From: an uncultured virus (IMG/VR IMGVR_UViG_3300020577_005857)
Taxonomy: Duplodnaviria > Heunggongvirae > Uroviricota > Caudoviricetes
Direction: 5' to 3' (one strand)
Length of the DNA: 64,000 nucleotides
IMG/VR virus record: IMGVR_UViG_3300020577_005857
Below, one piece after another: positions 32,785 to 42,938 of this stretch. The translations under genes were made by a program, and so were the position numbers. Each line of letters begins with the position of its first letter. The first letter of the stretch is position 1. The notes beneath the pieces are model-generated. The model did not search any database, was not told the DNA's origin, and saw nothing but the letters and a program-made list of their open reading frames with translations.

Positions 32785-34545
32785 ATGGGATGGGTACTAC
32801 CAGCAGTTCAGCTCGGGATGGCGGCGGGCTCTGCCTTCCTGGGATCTCGTGGCTCGTCCACCCCAGACTACACACGGTTAGGCCCCACACGTAATGCCAA
32901 TGTAGGGAACTGGAACTTTACAGATCCCAGATTCGACTATCGGGAAAACATGTACGACCCGATGTACTCGAATTGGTATAACGCTCAGTATGGGCCGGAT
33001 GCCACGCAGCTTGGGCAAGAGGGCCGCGATATGTGGGCAGATATGTGGGGAGACCGTTCCCGCTATCAGCAGCAGGCGGATCATGCCTACGGCTACAATG
33101 CCGGAGACGAACAGTATTACACCCCGGAAGAGCGGGAGAATATGCTGCGTACCTATGAGAGGTACGGGGCAATGACTACCCCCGAAGAGTATGCCAACAT
33201 GTGGATGACCCCTGAGGAGCAGATGGCTTCCTCCGGCGATCCCTATGCGGCCTTGAACAGATTCCATGCGGGCACGCAGAGCATGCGTAACGACATGGAC
33301 TTCCGCGAGCAGCGTAGCTTCGACACGCTTAACGAGCAGGACCGTAACATCCGGGGCATTGGAGACTCTTATAGAACAGGTGCAGGCCGAGTCCTTGATT
33401 CTGGTGCTACCGGCCTTCGGGATGCAGCCTATGCCTCTGATTTGGAGATGGACCCCAACTACTCTGGCCGTCAGGAAGGCAAGCTAAGCGGCGCAGGCTC
33501 CACCATCCGGGGAGGCTACAATGATCCCAACATTCTGGCCTCTGATGAGTTCATGCAGGATTACCGCTTTGGCCCGGAAGACACTCAGGATCTTGAGCAC
33601 CTAGCCGGAACTGCCGTAGGTACGAAGTATCAGGCTGAGGTAGGAGACATCGAGCGTAAGGCTGCCTCCAGTGGGGCAGCTAGCCCTATGGCCTTAGCTG
33701 CATTCCGCGCACGGGCCAATCAGGAAGCCGCGCGTGAAGGTGCAGACGCCGTAGTCGGAGCCCGCACGAAGGGCCGGGGCCTAGAGCTGGAAACCACGCG
33801 GGGCCGTGAAGATGTGCGCCTGGGTGCTGCCCAGAATAGGGCCAACCTCATGACACAGGCAGAGCTGAACCTATTGGATCAGGGCCTAAATGAGGGGCGC
33901 ATCGCAGAACAGTTGCGGCTCAGCGCTAATCAGCGCAGACGTGGTATGCAGATGGATGCCGAAGGCAACATCATGGATGCCAACCTGGGGAATGAGCGAG
34001 ATCAGGCGGCATTCAACGCTGACAATGAGCGCTACCTAGGTACCTCTCGCCTTGGCACCTATTCTGATATTGGGAATGCACGGCAGCGCTTTGGAGAGTT
34101 CGAATCCGGCACGGGTGCCGGGCTGGAACAAAGCGCGGATGAGATCGCAGCTCGAAGAGCATTTGATTTGGCCCAGAATCGCCAGAATACCCAGCGCTAT
34201 ACTGCGGATAATCGTTACCAACAAGGACGGCAGACAGCCTTAGATTCGGCGGGAATCAATAGAGATATCGCTAATCAGAGGCTTCAATTCAATCAGGAGC
34301 GGCGGGGATACCTCTCTGGTATGCAGGCAGGCTCACAGAGTGGGGCTCTTACTGGAATGGGTCAGCGTCAAAACCTGTTCTCTACCAGAGGCCAGCTTGC
34401 CGGAAGCGCAGCCAATACCATGAGTCAATATGATCTTGGCCGTCGTGATCGTGCAGCTAGAGACTTCGGCCTGCCAAGTAGATTTGAGCGTGGTGCTGCC
34501 GCTGGCGTAGGCGCTCTAGCCGGATTCGGACAAGGAGGAGACTAA
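32785..34545 (+). CDS. Putative DNA ejection/pilot protein
   Basis: Gly/Ala amphipathic termini (LGMAAGSAFLG; AAAGVGALAGFG) around an R/Q/A-rich helical body. Confidence 0.55.
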   Translation: MGWVLPAVQLGMAAGSAFLGSRGSSTPDYTRLGPTRNANVGNWNFTDPRFDYRENMYDPMYSNWYNAQYGPDATQLGQEGRDMWADMWGDRSRYQQQADHAYGYNAGDEQYYTPEERENMLRTYERYGAMTTPEEYANMWMTPEEQMASSGDPYAALNRFHAGTQSMRNDMDFREQRSFDTLNEQDRNIRGIGDSYRTGAGRVLDSGATGLRDAAYASDLEMDPNYSGRQEGKLSGAGSTIRGGYNDPNILASDEFMQDYRFGPEDTQDLEHLAGTAVGTKYQAEVGDIERKAASSGAASPMALAAFRARANQEAAREGADAVVGARTKGRGLELETTRGREDVRLGAAQNRANLMTQAELNLLDQGLNEGRIAEQLRLSANQRRRGMQMDAEGNIMDANLGNERDQAAFNADNERYLGTSRLGTYSDIGNARQRFGEFESGTGAGLEQSADEIAARRAFDLAQNRQNTQRYTADNRYQQGRQTALDSAGINRDIANQRLQFNQERRGYLSGMQAGSQSGALTGMGQRQNLFSTRGQLAGSAANTMSQYDLGRRDRAARDFGLPSRFERGAAAGVGALAGFGQGGD

Positions 34546-34860
34546 ATGGATTTCGGAGAATATCAGCTTACACCGCAGGATCAGCAGCAGGCCTTTCTAG
34601 AGACGAATCCACAGATGCGACCAGAGTACAGCCAAGGTGTACCTTCTTGGATTCAGCGGCTCAAGCAGCGCTTGGCTCAAGGTGGGCAGGTTATGCAGAG
34701 TGCTCTAGGCGGTCCACAGCAGCAGCAACAGATGCCACAAGCTGCCCCCATGGATTCTATGTCACAGCGTAGTGCGGCACTTCAGGGTGAGTACAATCGC
34801 GGAAGCCAGATGGGTCAGGCAGCCAGAAACGTGGCAGGCATGTTTGGCGTAGGGAGATAA
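34546..34860 (+). CDS. Gln-rich low-complexity protein (putative ejection protein)
   Basis: Q/M/G-rich; GGAGGAG RBS. Confidence 0.45.
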   Translation: MDFGEYQLTPQDQQQAFLETNPQMRPEYSQGVPSWIQRLKQRLAQGGQVMQSALGGPQQQQQMPQAAPMDSMSQRSAALQGEYNRGSQMGQAARNVAGMFGVGR

Positions 34861-34865
34861 TCATT

Positions 34866-35594
34866 ATGGAGTATGGATCTAACAATTTTGGTGCTACCGG
34901 CCAGACTGGGAATCGTATGGGATTCCAGAACTCAGGACAGGGAGGATATCAGCGAGGTCGGCAACAGGGAATGCAGCGGGGATTTGGTCAGAGCGGATTC
35001 CGCCCTTCTGCACCTCAACCTCAACCCATGCCCCGGCCACAGCCTATGCCTCAGAACTATAGGCCAATGGCAGGCCCCCCAATGGGACGTGTAGGCGGCG
35101 CTCCGCTGGGCAGCCCGCCACCCCGCACTATGGCCACCATGGATCAAAGCAATCCCGGAGCGCTGTACGGCCAAGGAAGGCAAACGGCCCAGCCAGATTA
35201 TTACAATATGATGCGGGATCGGAATCCAGGTATGCGCTACCCTGATGAGGTTCGGTTCACTCCTCCTGGAGGAAGGCAAACTGGTACGCCTCCGCCGAAC
35301 AGTTATGATACCATGCCGGAAGTCCTGCCTAATACCGCAGGACGCAATCCGCTATCTGACCTCTATACTCCTGGACGTTGGCAGCAAGGCCCGACTGCTG
35401 GTCCGAATCCATTTCAGCAGCCAGGGATGCAGGACGCTCTACGGCGTCCCATGGGAGAAATTGGCCAAGGTGGGGGGCAGCCGCGTATTGCTCCCTTATC
35501 TGATGGCACTGGCTATTCTCCCGGATTTTTCGATGAAGACATTCGCTCTGCAAGGCAGCGTAATGCAGGGTGGAATTGGCAAATAGCTTTGTAA
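34866..35594 (+). CDS. Pro/Gly/Gln-rich disordered protein
   Basis: Low complexity; lies in the ejection-gene block. Confidence 0.45.
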   Translation: MEYGSNNFGATGQTGNRMGFQNSGQGGYQRGRQQGMQRGFGQSGFRPSAPQPQPMPRPQPMPQNYRPMAGPPMGRVGGAPLGSPPPRTMATMDQSNPGALYGQGRQTAQPDYYNMMRDRNPGMRYPDEVRFTPPGGRQTGTPPPNSYDTMPEVLPNTAGRNPLSDLYTPGRWQQGPTAGPNPFQQPGMQDALRRPMGEIGQGGGQPRIAPLSDGTGYSPGFFDEDIRSARQRNAGWNWQIAL

Positions 35595-35608
35595 TAAGGT
35601 GATCTCAT

Positions 35609-36904
35609 ATGTTTCAGATGCGTGGTCCAATTCGAACTCCTCCGTTCCTTCCTGAGGACGAAGCTGAAATGCTGGCTAGACCTGCGGAATCCCCAATGCC
35701 AGAGCCGCCCTCTACGCCACTATCTGGGATGCCGCCACCGCCTGGGCCACCGGAGCTGCCAGTAGGCCCGCCTATGCGGCAATCTAGGCCTATGCCGCCA
35801 CCGCCTGAGACGATTCCTCCAGATCCTACCATGACGACGGCACGCCCGGACATTCCGCCCGATCCGGCTCGTATGCGCTGGCAGGATGATGAGGATCTAT
35901 ACAGGTCTATCCAGGGCCAGCGGCCCAAGGCTGAGAAGCCCGGGATCTGGAATCGTATTGCGGGAGCCGCCATGGGTGGCCTAGGCGGATACCTCGCCAG
36001 TTCCCCACGGGCTGGGGCCCAAGCTACCGGCCAGCGAGCTATGGGCCTAGTCCCAGAGATCTTGAATCCGGGACACCAGAAACGCATGCAGGAATGGTCC
36101 CAAGATCTGGATATGGCCAAGTCTCGCGCGGATCGCAGCAAAGGAATCGTAAAGCAAGAGGAAGACATCAAGGAAGGCGAGTCCAATCGTAAATACAAGG
36201 AAGGCCAGGGCGAATACTACAAGGCCCTTCCCGGAATCCGTTCTGAGCAAGCCGCTGCCACCAAATCAACCAAGATGGTAACCATTACCCCCGACGTGGC
36301 GAAGGAGCTTGGGTATGATGAAGATCGTATCGGAGATGAGATTTCCGTAGCTCAGTACACTGCGGACAAGAAGCAGAAAGGCTTCCGTGAGCATGATACA
36401 GCCAAGATGTCAGAACTTGAGAAGAAATTGAAAGCCTCTGAAGATCGGGAGAAAGAAGTCACCAAACGCCTTACGGATCTTGAGAAGATGAAAGGAGATA
36501 CCAAAAAGGCTACAACTCAGATTACAGCCGACTCCAAAGTCAAGGCCGCTGGTATTGCGGCTAATAAGGCGCATCCAGTAAAGCCTCTACCAAAAGGCGT
36601 GAAGCGGGGAGACAAAACTTACGTAGCCTACATGGATTCAGACGGGGATACTGTTGTCACCGAACATGAGATGGGCTCGTCAGAGGGCAAGAATTATCTA
36701 GCTGAACTCTTCGGCAAGACTCCGACTTCGCCCCCAGCACCGGCCCCTCCTAAGGCTGGAGAGCCTACCCCACCCAAAGCCGCAGTGAAGGCGAACGAGG
36801 GGCCTAAGCCAGAAGGGCGGATAAGGATTAGAGTAAAGGCTACCAACAAAACAGGCTCGATTAATGCTAGTGAGTTTAACCCAAAACTACATGAGAAAAT
36901 CTAA
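35609..36904 (+). CDS. Putative ejection protein
   Basis: Pro-rich N-terminus, RIAGAAMGGLGGYLAS segment, Lys-rich helical C-terminus. Confidence 0.5.
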   Translation: MFQMRGPIRTPPFLPEDEAEMLARPAESPMPEPPSTPLSGMPPPPGPPELPVGPPMRQSRPMPPPPETIPPDPTMTTARPDIPPDPARMRWQDDEDLYRSIQGQRPKAEKPGIWNRIAGAAMGGLGGYLASSPRAGAQATGQRAMGLVPEILNPGHQKRMQEWSQDLDMAKSRADRSKGIVKQEEDIKEGESNRKYKEGQGEYYKALPGIRSEQAAATKSTKMVTITPDVAKELGYDEDRIGDEISVAQYTADKKQKGFREHDTAKMSELEKKLKASEDREKEVTKRLTDLEKMKGDTKKATTQITADSKVKAAGIAANKAHPVKPLPKGVKRGDKTYVAYMDSDGDTVVTEHEMGSSEGKNYLAELFGKTPTSPPAPAPPKAGEPTPPKAAVKANEGPKPEGRIRIRVKATNKTGSINASEFNPKLHEKI

Positions 36905-39900
36905 TGCCTGAGAAGCCTACCAGTTTCATTCCGGACCCAGAACCATCCAGTTTCGTACCGGATGAACCGCCAGTTATGTTTCTGCCAGAACTTCCTAAAC
37001 CGAAAGTTCCTGGCTTAACTGCGCCCCGCCCCGGAGTGTCCACAGCTATTCAAGGTATGGGAGCCCGCCCAGGGGGTCCCGTAGACGCCTTGGCTAAGGT
37101 GGCAGACTGGGGCATTGAAGGCATGGAGGAGGGTCTTCCTAGGGCCTATACTGGCTATCAGACGGCCCTAGGCTGGGGCACACCTACCGCAGACGAACGA
37201 GCGCAAGGAGTGGCAGACGTTATAGGTGGAGGCATGGAAGCCTCAAGGCCAGCTATGCTGGGGCTTGGGGCCCGCTTGCCTGGGGCTATCGCGTCCCAGG
37301 GCTGGAAGCCTTTCGCAAAGAGCCTAGCGGTTGGTGCCCTAGCCCCCCCGGCTGTCCGCACGGTGGCCCCTACTTTAGGGGTGCCTAAAGGCACCACCGA
37401 AATGCTGGCAGAGGCCAGTGGAGTATTGCCGATTGCAGAAGCGGGTTCCGCCATCGTTAAGGCCAAGCCCTTCACTTGGAATGCTTCTCCCAAACTATCG
37501 AAGCTGGATGAGACTTTGGAAAAGCTCGTCAGCCCCATGCATAAGCGCTATACGGATTTCTTCAATGAGCAGCATCCGTTTTGGGAGCTGGAGAAGATCG
37601 CAGATATTCCATTGGAGCAGTCTGCCGCGCGCCAGATGGAAAGTTACGGAGGCACCACTGGTAAGATTCATGATGTCCTGCTAGAGTACCGTGATAAGAT
37701 GATGCCGTTCAAGAAGGATGGCACGTGGGAGAAGGCCAAGCCTTACGGTATCAATGAGCGCCACATAGAACGGGGTATGGATGATCCCGACTACGCTATG
37801 CCGGGGGGCAAAACCATGTTTGAGGTGGGGGAGGAAATGAATGCACTTGAGCAATCATTAACCCCTGCCGAAATGGGTAAGGTCCACATGGCACTCAAGA
37901 CTTATCGAGACATGCACCGTAAACTGCTAAATGAATTGGCAGACGAGGGGCTTATCTCCACAGAGTTTAGAGATTCTGCAAATAAGCACAATCAATCCTT
38001 CATGCCATTCCAGCGTGTGGAGTATCTGCAAAAAGAGCTGATGGAGAATAGGTTACCTGCAGGTAGGGCCAAGAGCGTACCCGGAACAGACTTCACAAAG
38101 CAGATGGTTGGCTCTGAAAAAGAAATCGTGGACCCAGATTATGGGTTTGTCCGCAATGCTTACAGAGTAAAGCACATCATCGAGCGGAACCGGATTGCCA
38201 AGAGCGTGGCGGGATACGCGGATGCTCCAGAGACGCGCGACCTTGTATTCAGAATCAATCCGCATACGCAGAATCCTGTGGACTTCGATGGGAATCCCAT
38301 CAATGTTCCCATGGACTACAAAACCATTAGCTACATGGAGGGCGGCAATGTTCGAAAGGTAGCTGTCCCAGAGTTCCTTCATAAGACGCTCGTGAACATG
38401 GACAGCAATTCCTTGAACATCATGACCAAAACCATGCAGAATGCAGGAAAGATCCTCCAGACTGGCGTGGTTTTGAGCCCTCGGTTTTGGCTCAATAACA
38501 TGGGCAGGGATTACCTAACGGCAGCAACCACGGTAGGCATCGATCCTATTACTTGGGGCATTGGCTTCATGTCATCGCTCACCCGTGGTATTCCATCCTC
38601 TAAGGTTCCCTCCTATCTCAAGAAGCTGGGGATTGGGGATGAGGTCTATAGATCTTTCTTGCGATCTGGTGGGGCTCATGGTGGGCCCTTCGAATATTCC
38701 AGCCCGTTAAATATTACCGAAGGCCTACTGGATACTTTACCGGAGAAGCTTGTCAAGAAGGCCAAGACTCCATTAAAGTCTGTAGCAGAAGGAGCGTTGA
38801 ATACCTTAAGCGAAATGGGAACCACTGCGGAACTGGTACCGCGTCTGGGAATCTTCCAAAAAAGCCGCACTCCATCCTATCGGCAGACAACGCCGACTCT
38901 TACAGGAGCAGCAGGAACAGTAGAGAAGGTGTCTCCCGGTAAGCCAGATTGGGAGGCTGGGTGGATTGCTCGAAATGCCACCGTGAATTTTCAGGTGGAG
39001 GGCGCGGCCCTCAAGCAATACAACAAAGTGACACCATTCTTGCGGGCTCGCATGGGAGCCACACGTACTGTATTAGGCTCTCTCCAGGAGAACCCTAAGG
39101 CTGTATCCATGCGGCTGGCTGGTACTCTTGGTATTCCTACAGCCTTCCTCTATTACAACAATGTTCTGAGATTCCCAGATGTTTGGGACTCAATTGATTC
39201 GGACGTGAAGCGGACCAAGATGGTGCTGATCCAGGGTCGAGAGCAAGACGAGCGGGGGCGCTATACGAATGTGAAGACCTTCCCCATGGATGGAATCCCT
39301 GCGGCTTTCGTAGGGGCAATCAATGCCTCTATGGATGCATGGCGGGGCAAGGACGCAAAAGAGTGGGCTAAGTCTGGGGTTCAGTTCCTCTCGGATTTCA
39401 GTCCAGTAGGCTTTCTTCGCAAGGGTGAATTCAGCCCTAATGAGATTATCTCATCATTGGCAAATCCCCTGATCACAGGGCCTATTGAGGCCACCACGGG
39501 AGTGGCTGCATATACTGGTAGAGATCTCCAGCGGCGTAAAGGCGTTCGCATGGATGCCTCGCCAGAAGAGCGCTACAATAACGAAGCCAAGCTTCCCTAT
39601 GTGGCCTTATCTCATAGCCTAGCCAAAGCTGGAGTGAAGTTCTCTCCACACGTGCTGGAGCATGTGTTGGGCTCTACATTCGGGGGCCACCTGGGCCGGG
39701 ATCTCAGTGAGTCCATGCCTACCGTAGGTGGTCGCGGGTGGAGCAATCAGGTCAGGGTGAATCCATTCATTGGGCCGGTAGCATCGAAGCCGGAAGAGGG
39801 CCTTGGAATGAATGATATGGAGACAGAACGTGGGAACCGGCTCCAGAACTTTCGGCGCGCTGGGGACAAGATCCTGGCCTTGGAAGGCCTTACTCCAGAG

Positions 39901-40245
39901 AAGATGCAGGCAGGGGCTATCTCGGCCCTCTCAGAACTGAAGGCCAAATATCCGGATGAAGATCCGGGTAAGATGCAGGCTGAATTTGGAGAAATGTTGA
40001 AGGGCTTAGCCGTGGCCAAGTCACGGGGGTATAACCGGCTGGAAACAGATTTGCTGCTTACACCTTCAGAGATCCGGGCCAAGGCTATGCTGAGGGCCCT
40101 AGACCGGGCCCCCAGTCAGTCCATGAGGGACAACTATATCAAGCGGTGGTCTGAGATTCGTCTGCTGACGCCGAAGGTTCAGGCTGAGATGAAACTGGAG
40201 CGAGAGAAGCAGCTTCGGCTTCAGTCTGCGCCGCAGGTGCGTTGA
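36904..40245 (+). CDS. Large internal virion/ejection protein (LPD38-like C-terminal region)
   Basis: 1113 aa; last late gene; ARNATVNF...PFLRA and PIEATTG...YTGRDL motifs typical of large polyvalent ejection proteins. Confidence 0.6.
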   Translation: MPEKPTSFIPDPEPSSFVPDEPPVMFLPELPKPKVPGLTAPRPGVSTAIQGMGARPGGPVDALAKVADWGIEGMEEGLPRAYTGYQTALGWGTPTADERAQGVADVIGGGMEASRPAMLGLGARLPGAIASQGWKPFAKSLAVGALAPPAVRTVAPTLGVPKGTTEMLAEASGVLPIAEAGSAIVKAKPFTWNASPKLSKLDETLEKLVSPMHKRYTDFFNEQHPFWELEKIADIPLEQSAARQMESYGGTTGKIHDVLLEYRDKMMPFKKDGTWEKAKPYGINERHIERGMDDPDYAMPGGKTMFEVGEEMNALEQSLTPAEMGKVHMALKTYRDMHRKLLNELADEGLISTEFRDSANKHNQSFMPFQRVEYLQKELMENRLPAGRAKSVPGTDFTKQMVGSEKEIVDPDYGFVRNAYRVKHIIERNRIAKSVAGYADAPETRDLVFRINPHTQNPVDFDGNPINVPMDYKTISYMEGGNVRKVAVPEFLHKTLVNMDSNSLNIMTKTMQNAGKILQTGVVLSPRFWLNNMGRDYLTAATTVGIDPITWGIGFMSSLTRGIPSSKVPSYLKKLGIGDEVYRSFLRSGGAHGGPFEYSSPLNITEGLLDTLPEKLVKKAKTPLKSVAEGALNTLSEMGTTAELVPRLGIFQKSRTPSYRQTTPTLTGAAGTVEKVSPGKPDWEAGWIARNATVNFQVEGAALKQYNKVTPFLRARMGATRTVLGSLQENPKAVSMRLAGTLGIPTAFLYYNNVLRFPDVWDSIDSDVKRTKMVLIQGREQDERGRYTNVKTFPMDGIPAAFVGAINASMDAWRGKDAKEWAKSGVQFLSDFSPVGFLRKGEFSPNEIISSLANPLITGPIEATTGVAAYTGRDLQRRKGVRMDASPEERYNNEAKLPYVALSHSLAKAGVKFSPHVLEHVLGSTFGGHLGRDLSESMPTVGGRGWSNQVRVNPFIGPVASKPEEGLGMNDMETERGNRLQNFRRAGDKILALEGLTPEKMQAGAISALSELKAKYPDEDPGKMQAEFGEMLKGLAVAKSRGYNRLETDLLLTPSEIRAKAMLRALDRAPSQSMRDNYIKRWSEIRLLTPKVQAEMKLEREKQLRLQSAPQVR

Positions 40246-40450
40246 ATTCAAGAATATGTCCAGGTTCTAGAGAGGCAATGCTTGCCTCGAAATTCTGTAG
40301 GCTTTCCACATACAGTTTGTGGATAGTTTTCACCCGAGGGTCAACTGCATGGCCGTGAGAAGCCCGCTGGCACTCAGTTTGCAGAAACATGATGTCTACT
40401 ATAACTGCGGCCATAAAGCTTCGATATACTTCAATGGGGAATTCGATCAT
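40139..40450 (-). CDS. Hypothetical protein, overlapping tail-to-tail with the late arm
   Basis: Coupled to the upstream minus-strand gene. Confidence 0.4.
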   Translation of the reverse strand: MIEFPIEVYRSFMAAVIVDIMFLQTECQRASHGHAVDPRVKTIHKLYVESLQNFEASIASLEPGHILEFNAPAAQTEAEAASLAPVSSQPEPSASADESQTTA

Positions 40451-40599
40451 TCTGTTAGGTCCTTTCCACAATCCTTGCAATACGTCTTTTTCTCTTTTGA
40501 ATCGTAGACGATAGAGTCTCCCTCTAGTATATCGTCATTGCACTCCCAGCATCGGCCCTTATACTTGGCCAGCACGGAGAAGAAACGTTTCATGTTCAT
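40447..40599 (-). CDS. Small zinc-finger protein
   Basis: AKYKGRCWECNDDILEGD...YCKDC. Confidence 0.55.
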   Translation of the reverse strand: MNMKRFFSVLAKYKGRCWECNDDILEGDSIVYDSKEKKTYCKDCGKDLTE

Positions 40600-41153
40600 G
40601 CTTGCCTCAATGAAGCAAGGTAAATCTCTAAGTTTTGTAGCACTGCGGCCTTGTTCCCCGCATCTTGGTGCCCAGAGTTCCAGGGTTGCGGCCATAGAGT
40701 CGCTGTGCCGCCAGCACCCCGCCACTTGTCCACGTTGACATCGTAGTCATCGACCAAGATTTTGTTTGGCCCCGCAATAAACTGCTTAGATGCGCCAAAC
40801 AGGATATTTTTCCCGAACTCTGGGAAGTACTTCTTTATGGACGCGCGTTTCTCGGGCACGCAATACTTGCTCTCACTGGGCGAGGATAGCACACAGATAT
40901 TATCTGTGTACTTGAGGCAAGTCTCTACCAGGGTACGAGCATATGGCAAAGGTTCCATATTACTCCAGAAGCCTTCATAGTTCAATGGGGCCCAAAATGC
41001 CTCAGGTGTAATGTTCCATAGCTTGGCCATATCCCAGTGCCCATAGTTGCGGGCCGCAAGGTATGGGCTAGGCCGGTTGTGCGCCCTGGAGGTAGCCGTC
41101 ACGAAATCAAATAGAACTCCATCCATGTCAATGAATACTCTAGGTCCAGTCAT
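40596..41153 (-). CDS. 5'(3')-deoxyribonucleotidase, HAD superfamily
   Basis: FIDMDGVL motif I, LSSP, EKR and LVDDY motifs. Confidence 0.85.
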   Translation of the reverse strand: MTGPRVFIDMDGVLFDFVTATSRAHNRPSPYLAARNYGHWDMAKLWNITPEAFWAPLNYEGFWSNMEPLPYARTLVETCLKYTDNICVLSSPSESKYCVPEKRASIKKYFPEFGKNILFGASKQFIAGPNKILVDDYDVNVDKWRGAGGTATLWPQPWNSGHQDAGNKAAVLQNLEIYLASLRQA

Positions 41154-41770
41154 ACCTTGCCCTCCAGAACATCTCGTTCCTGTTCCAGGTTCCGATTCCT
41201 TGCTGCCGCTTCGGTGAACTTCTTTTGGTATCGCGCGCGTAACTTGCGCACGTTCAGGAGCATGACTTCCAAATAGCTGGCGGAAACAGCATCGGCCCCA
41301 ATCCTTGCGTACCAAGAGGCATCTCCTATCTCTTCCAGTACGTGGATGTTATCTATGGGGGCTCCATAATAAACATGCTTCTTGATGATGTCTAGGAACT
41401 CACCGGCCTCCGTGGCAAGCCCTATTGCCGCGTGCAAGAGGCGCACTGTGGGTAAATATTGGAGGCGCTTCATTGCATCGGTGTAATCATGGGGCTCGGT
41501 GACCGTGGCGGTTTCTTGCAGGGCCTCCATATCTCGATGCGTTTCAAAATGCGCCTGCCGGAAATCCGTGCCATACACGGTAGACTCCGGTTGAATGGTA
41601 ATGGTTACCCCTGCGGCTGCTTTCCACGCTTCCTGGATTTGGGGCTTCAAGCCATCCCACTGGGGGAGTGCGTCACCCGTTGCAAGTGACTTTCCTCCTG
41701 TATGCTTGGAGTAGGCTTCATATAGAGCCTGCCCTACTTGATCTTTGAGCCGGTCTTCTGCGAAGGCCAT
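41150..41770 (-). CDS. MazG-like nucleotide pyrophosphohydrolase
   Basis: LLHAAIGLATEAGEFLDIIKK...EEIGD...NVRKLRARY. Confidence 0.88.
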   Translation of the reverse strand: MAFAEDRLKDQVGQALYEAYSKHTGGKSLATGDALPQWDGLKPQIQEAWKAAAGVTITIQPESTVYGTDFRQAHFETHRDMEALQETATVTEPHDYTDAMKRLQYLPTVRLLHAAIGLATEAGEFLDIIKKHVYYGAPIDNIHVLEEIGDASWYARIGADAVSASYLEVMLLNVRKLRARYQKKFTEAAARNRNLEQERDVLEGKV

Positions 41771-41890
41771 TCTTTATCATTCCTTTCAATAACTCTAACG
41801 TATCTGGTGTAGAATTCGGTTATACCCCACACAATAAGGCAGGCAAGGATTACTCCAATCACCTCCATTGTATGGTCCCGTAGTTCTCTA

Positions 41891-42160
41891 TCATCGGTGG
41901 GTTTCGAGCCACTTGGCAGCATTGGCGTCTAGCTCCTCATCACTCTTTTCTGGCCGCGCGCGTTTGAGCCGCGCCACGTTTCTGTAGTACATTCTAGAGT
42001 AAAGGCGTTCTTTACAGGTCTTGCAAGTTCCACAGATGCAGCCTTTACCCTTCATGCGAACTGGTCCATTGAGTGCTTCTGGGGGAACAACTTCTCCATA
42101 CCGCAGTCCAAGATTCCAGCCGCCTACGGTAGGCCGTCCCTTCATGCCTTTGGATTTCAT
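41891..42160 (-). CDS. Hypothetical Cys-cluster protein
   Basis: GCICGTCKTC motif; coupled ORF. Confidence 0.45.
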   Translation of the reverse strand: MKSKGMKGRPTVGGWNLGLRYGEVVPPEALNGPVRMKGKGCICGTCKTCKERLYSRMYYRNVARLKRARPEKSDEELDANAAKWLETHR

Positions 42161-42405
42161 TCGCACCTCATTGTTTCGTGCTCTAGTTCCTCCTTGCTCT
42201 GGCGGTACTCTACCACGAATGCATCTACTCCACGTGCAAAGGCTGTGGCATACTGGGCCAGTTTCCAAAAGAATGCAGCCACCCAAGTCCCTGGCCGGAA
42301 CCAACGGAACGAAATTTTCTTGGTGGCAACCATGAGTACTACACCGATGCCGGTAAGCGTCACAGTGCCACTTGCGAGGGAGAGAAAATCTTTGTCATTG
42401 AACAT
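42157..42405 (-). CDS. Small membrane protein
   Basis: N-terminal TM segment. Confidence 0.45.
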   Translation of the reverse strand: MFNDKDFLSLASGTVTLTGIGVVLMVATKKISFRWFRPGTWVAAFFWKLAQYATAFARGVDAFVVEYRQSKEELEHETMRCE

Positions 42406-42933
42406 CTATACTTTTTTCCTTTTTTGATGTGCAGCATTCCATTGTTTGTTTAGGCGTTCCAAAGATTGTTTCCAATCCTGCTTCTGCGCATGGTAGGCTT
42501 GGATATTCATGGGTGTAGTATTTATCCAATTGTCTCCAAGGTATTTCCACCACCCAGTGCGGAGTACAGACTCACTCCACCGAGGTACTTTTCTCCCCTT
42601 CAACATAGCCCAGCGCTTTTTGAAATCTTCAGGAGTGCATAGCACTACTGGACCCCACAAGGAAAGATTGTTGCGTTGCCGCCTGCGGAGTATAAGCTTT
42701 GCAGTAGTTCTACTGGTTAGCGTATCGAATGGGGTCCATATAGGCTTGTCTAGGTCCACATCCACGGCAGCTTTTAGTGGGAACTTATACCACTTACTGG
42801 CGCGCACCGCCTCGGTGGCTGGCTCACTAAATACATCTCCAGTCAGTGGCCATTCCTTGTTCTTGGAAGCCTTTGAGGCCGCTCCGGTAAGAGCGGCCCC
42901 AATTGAAGCAATGAAACCTTTTCTGGTAATCAT
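42406..42933 (-). CDS. Hypothetical protein with Tat-like leader
   Basis: MITRKGFIASIGAAL. Confidence 0.45.
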   Translation of the reverse strand: MITRKGFIASIGAALTGAASKASKNKEWPLTGDVFSEPATEAVRASKWYKFPLKAAVDVDLDKPIWTPFDTLTSRTTAKLILRRRQRNNLSLWGPVVLCTPEDFKKRWAMLKGRKVPRWSESVLRTGWWKYLGDNWINTTPMNIQAYHAQKQDWKQSLERLNKQWNAAHQKRKKV

Positions 42934-42938
42934 TATCC

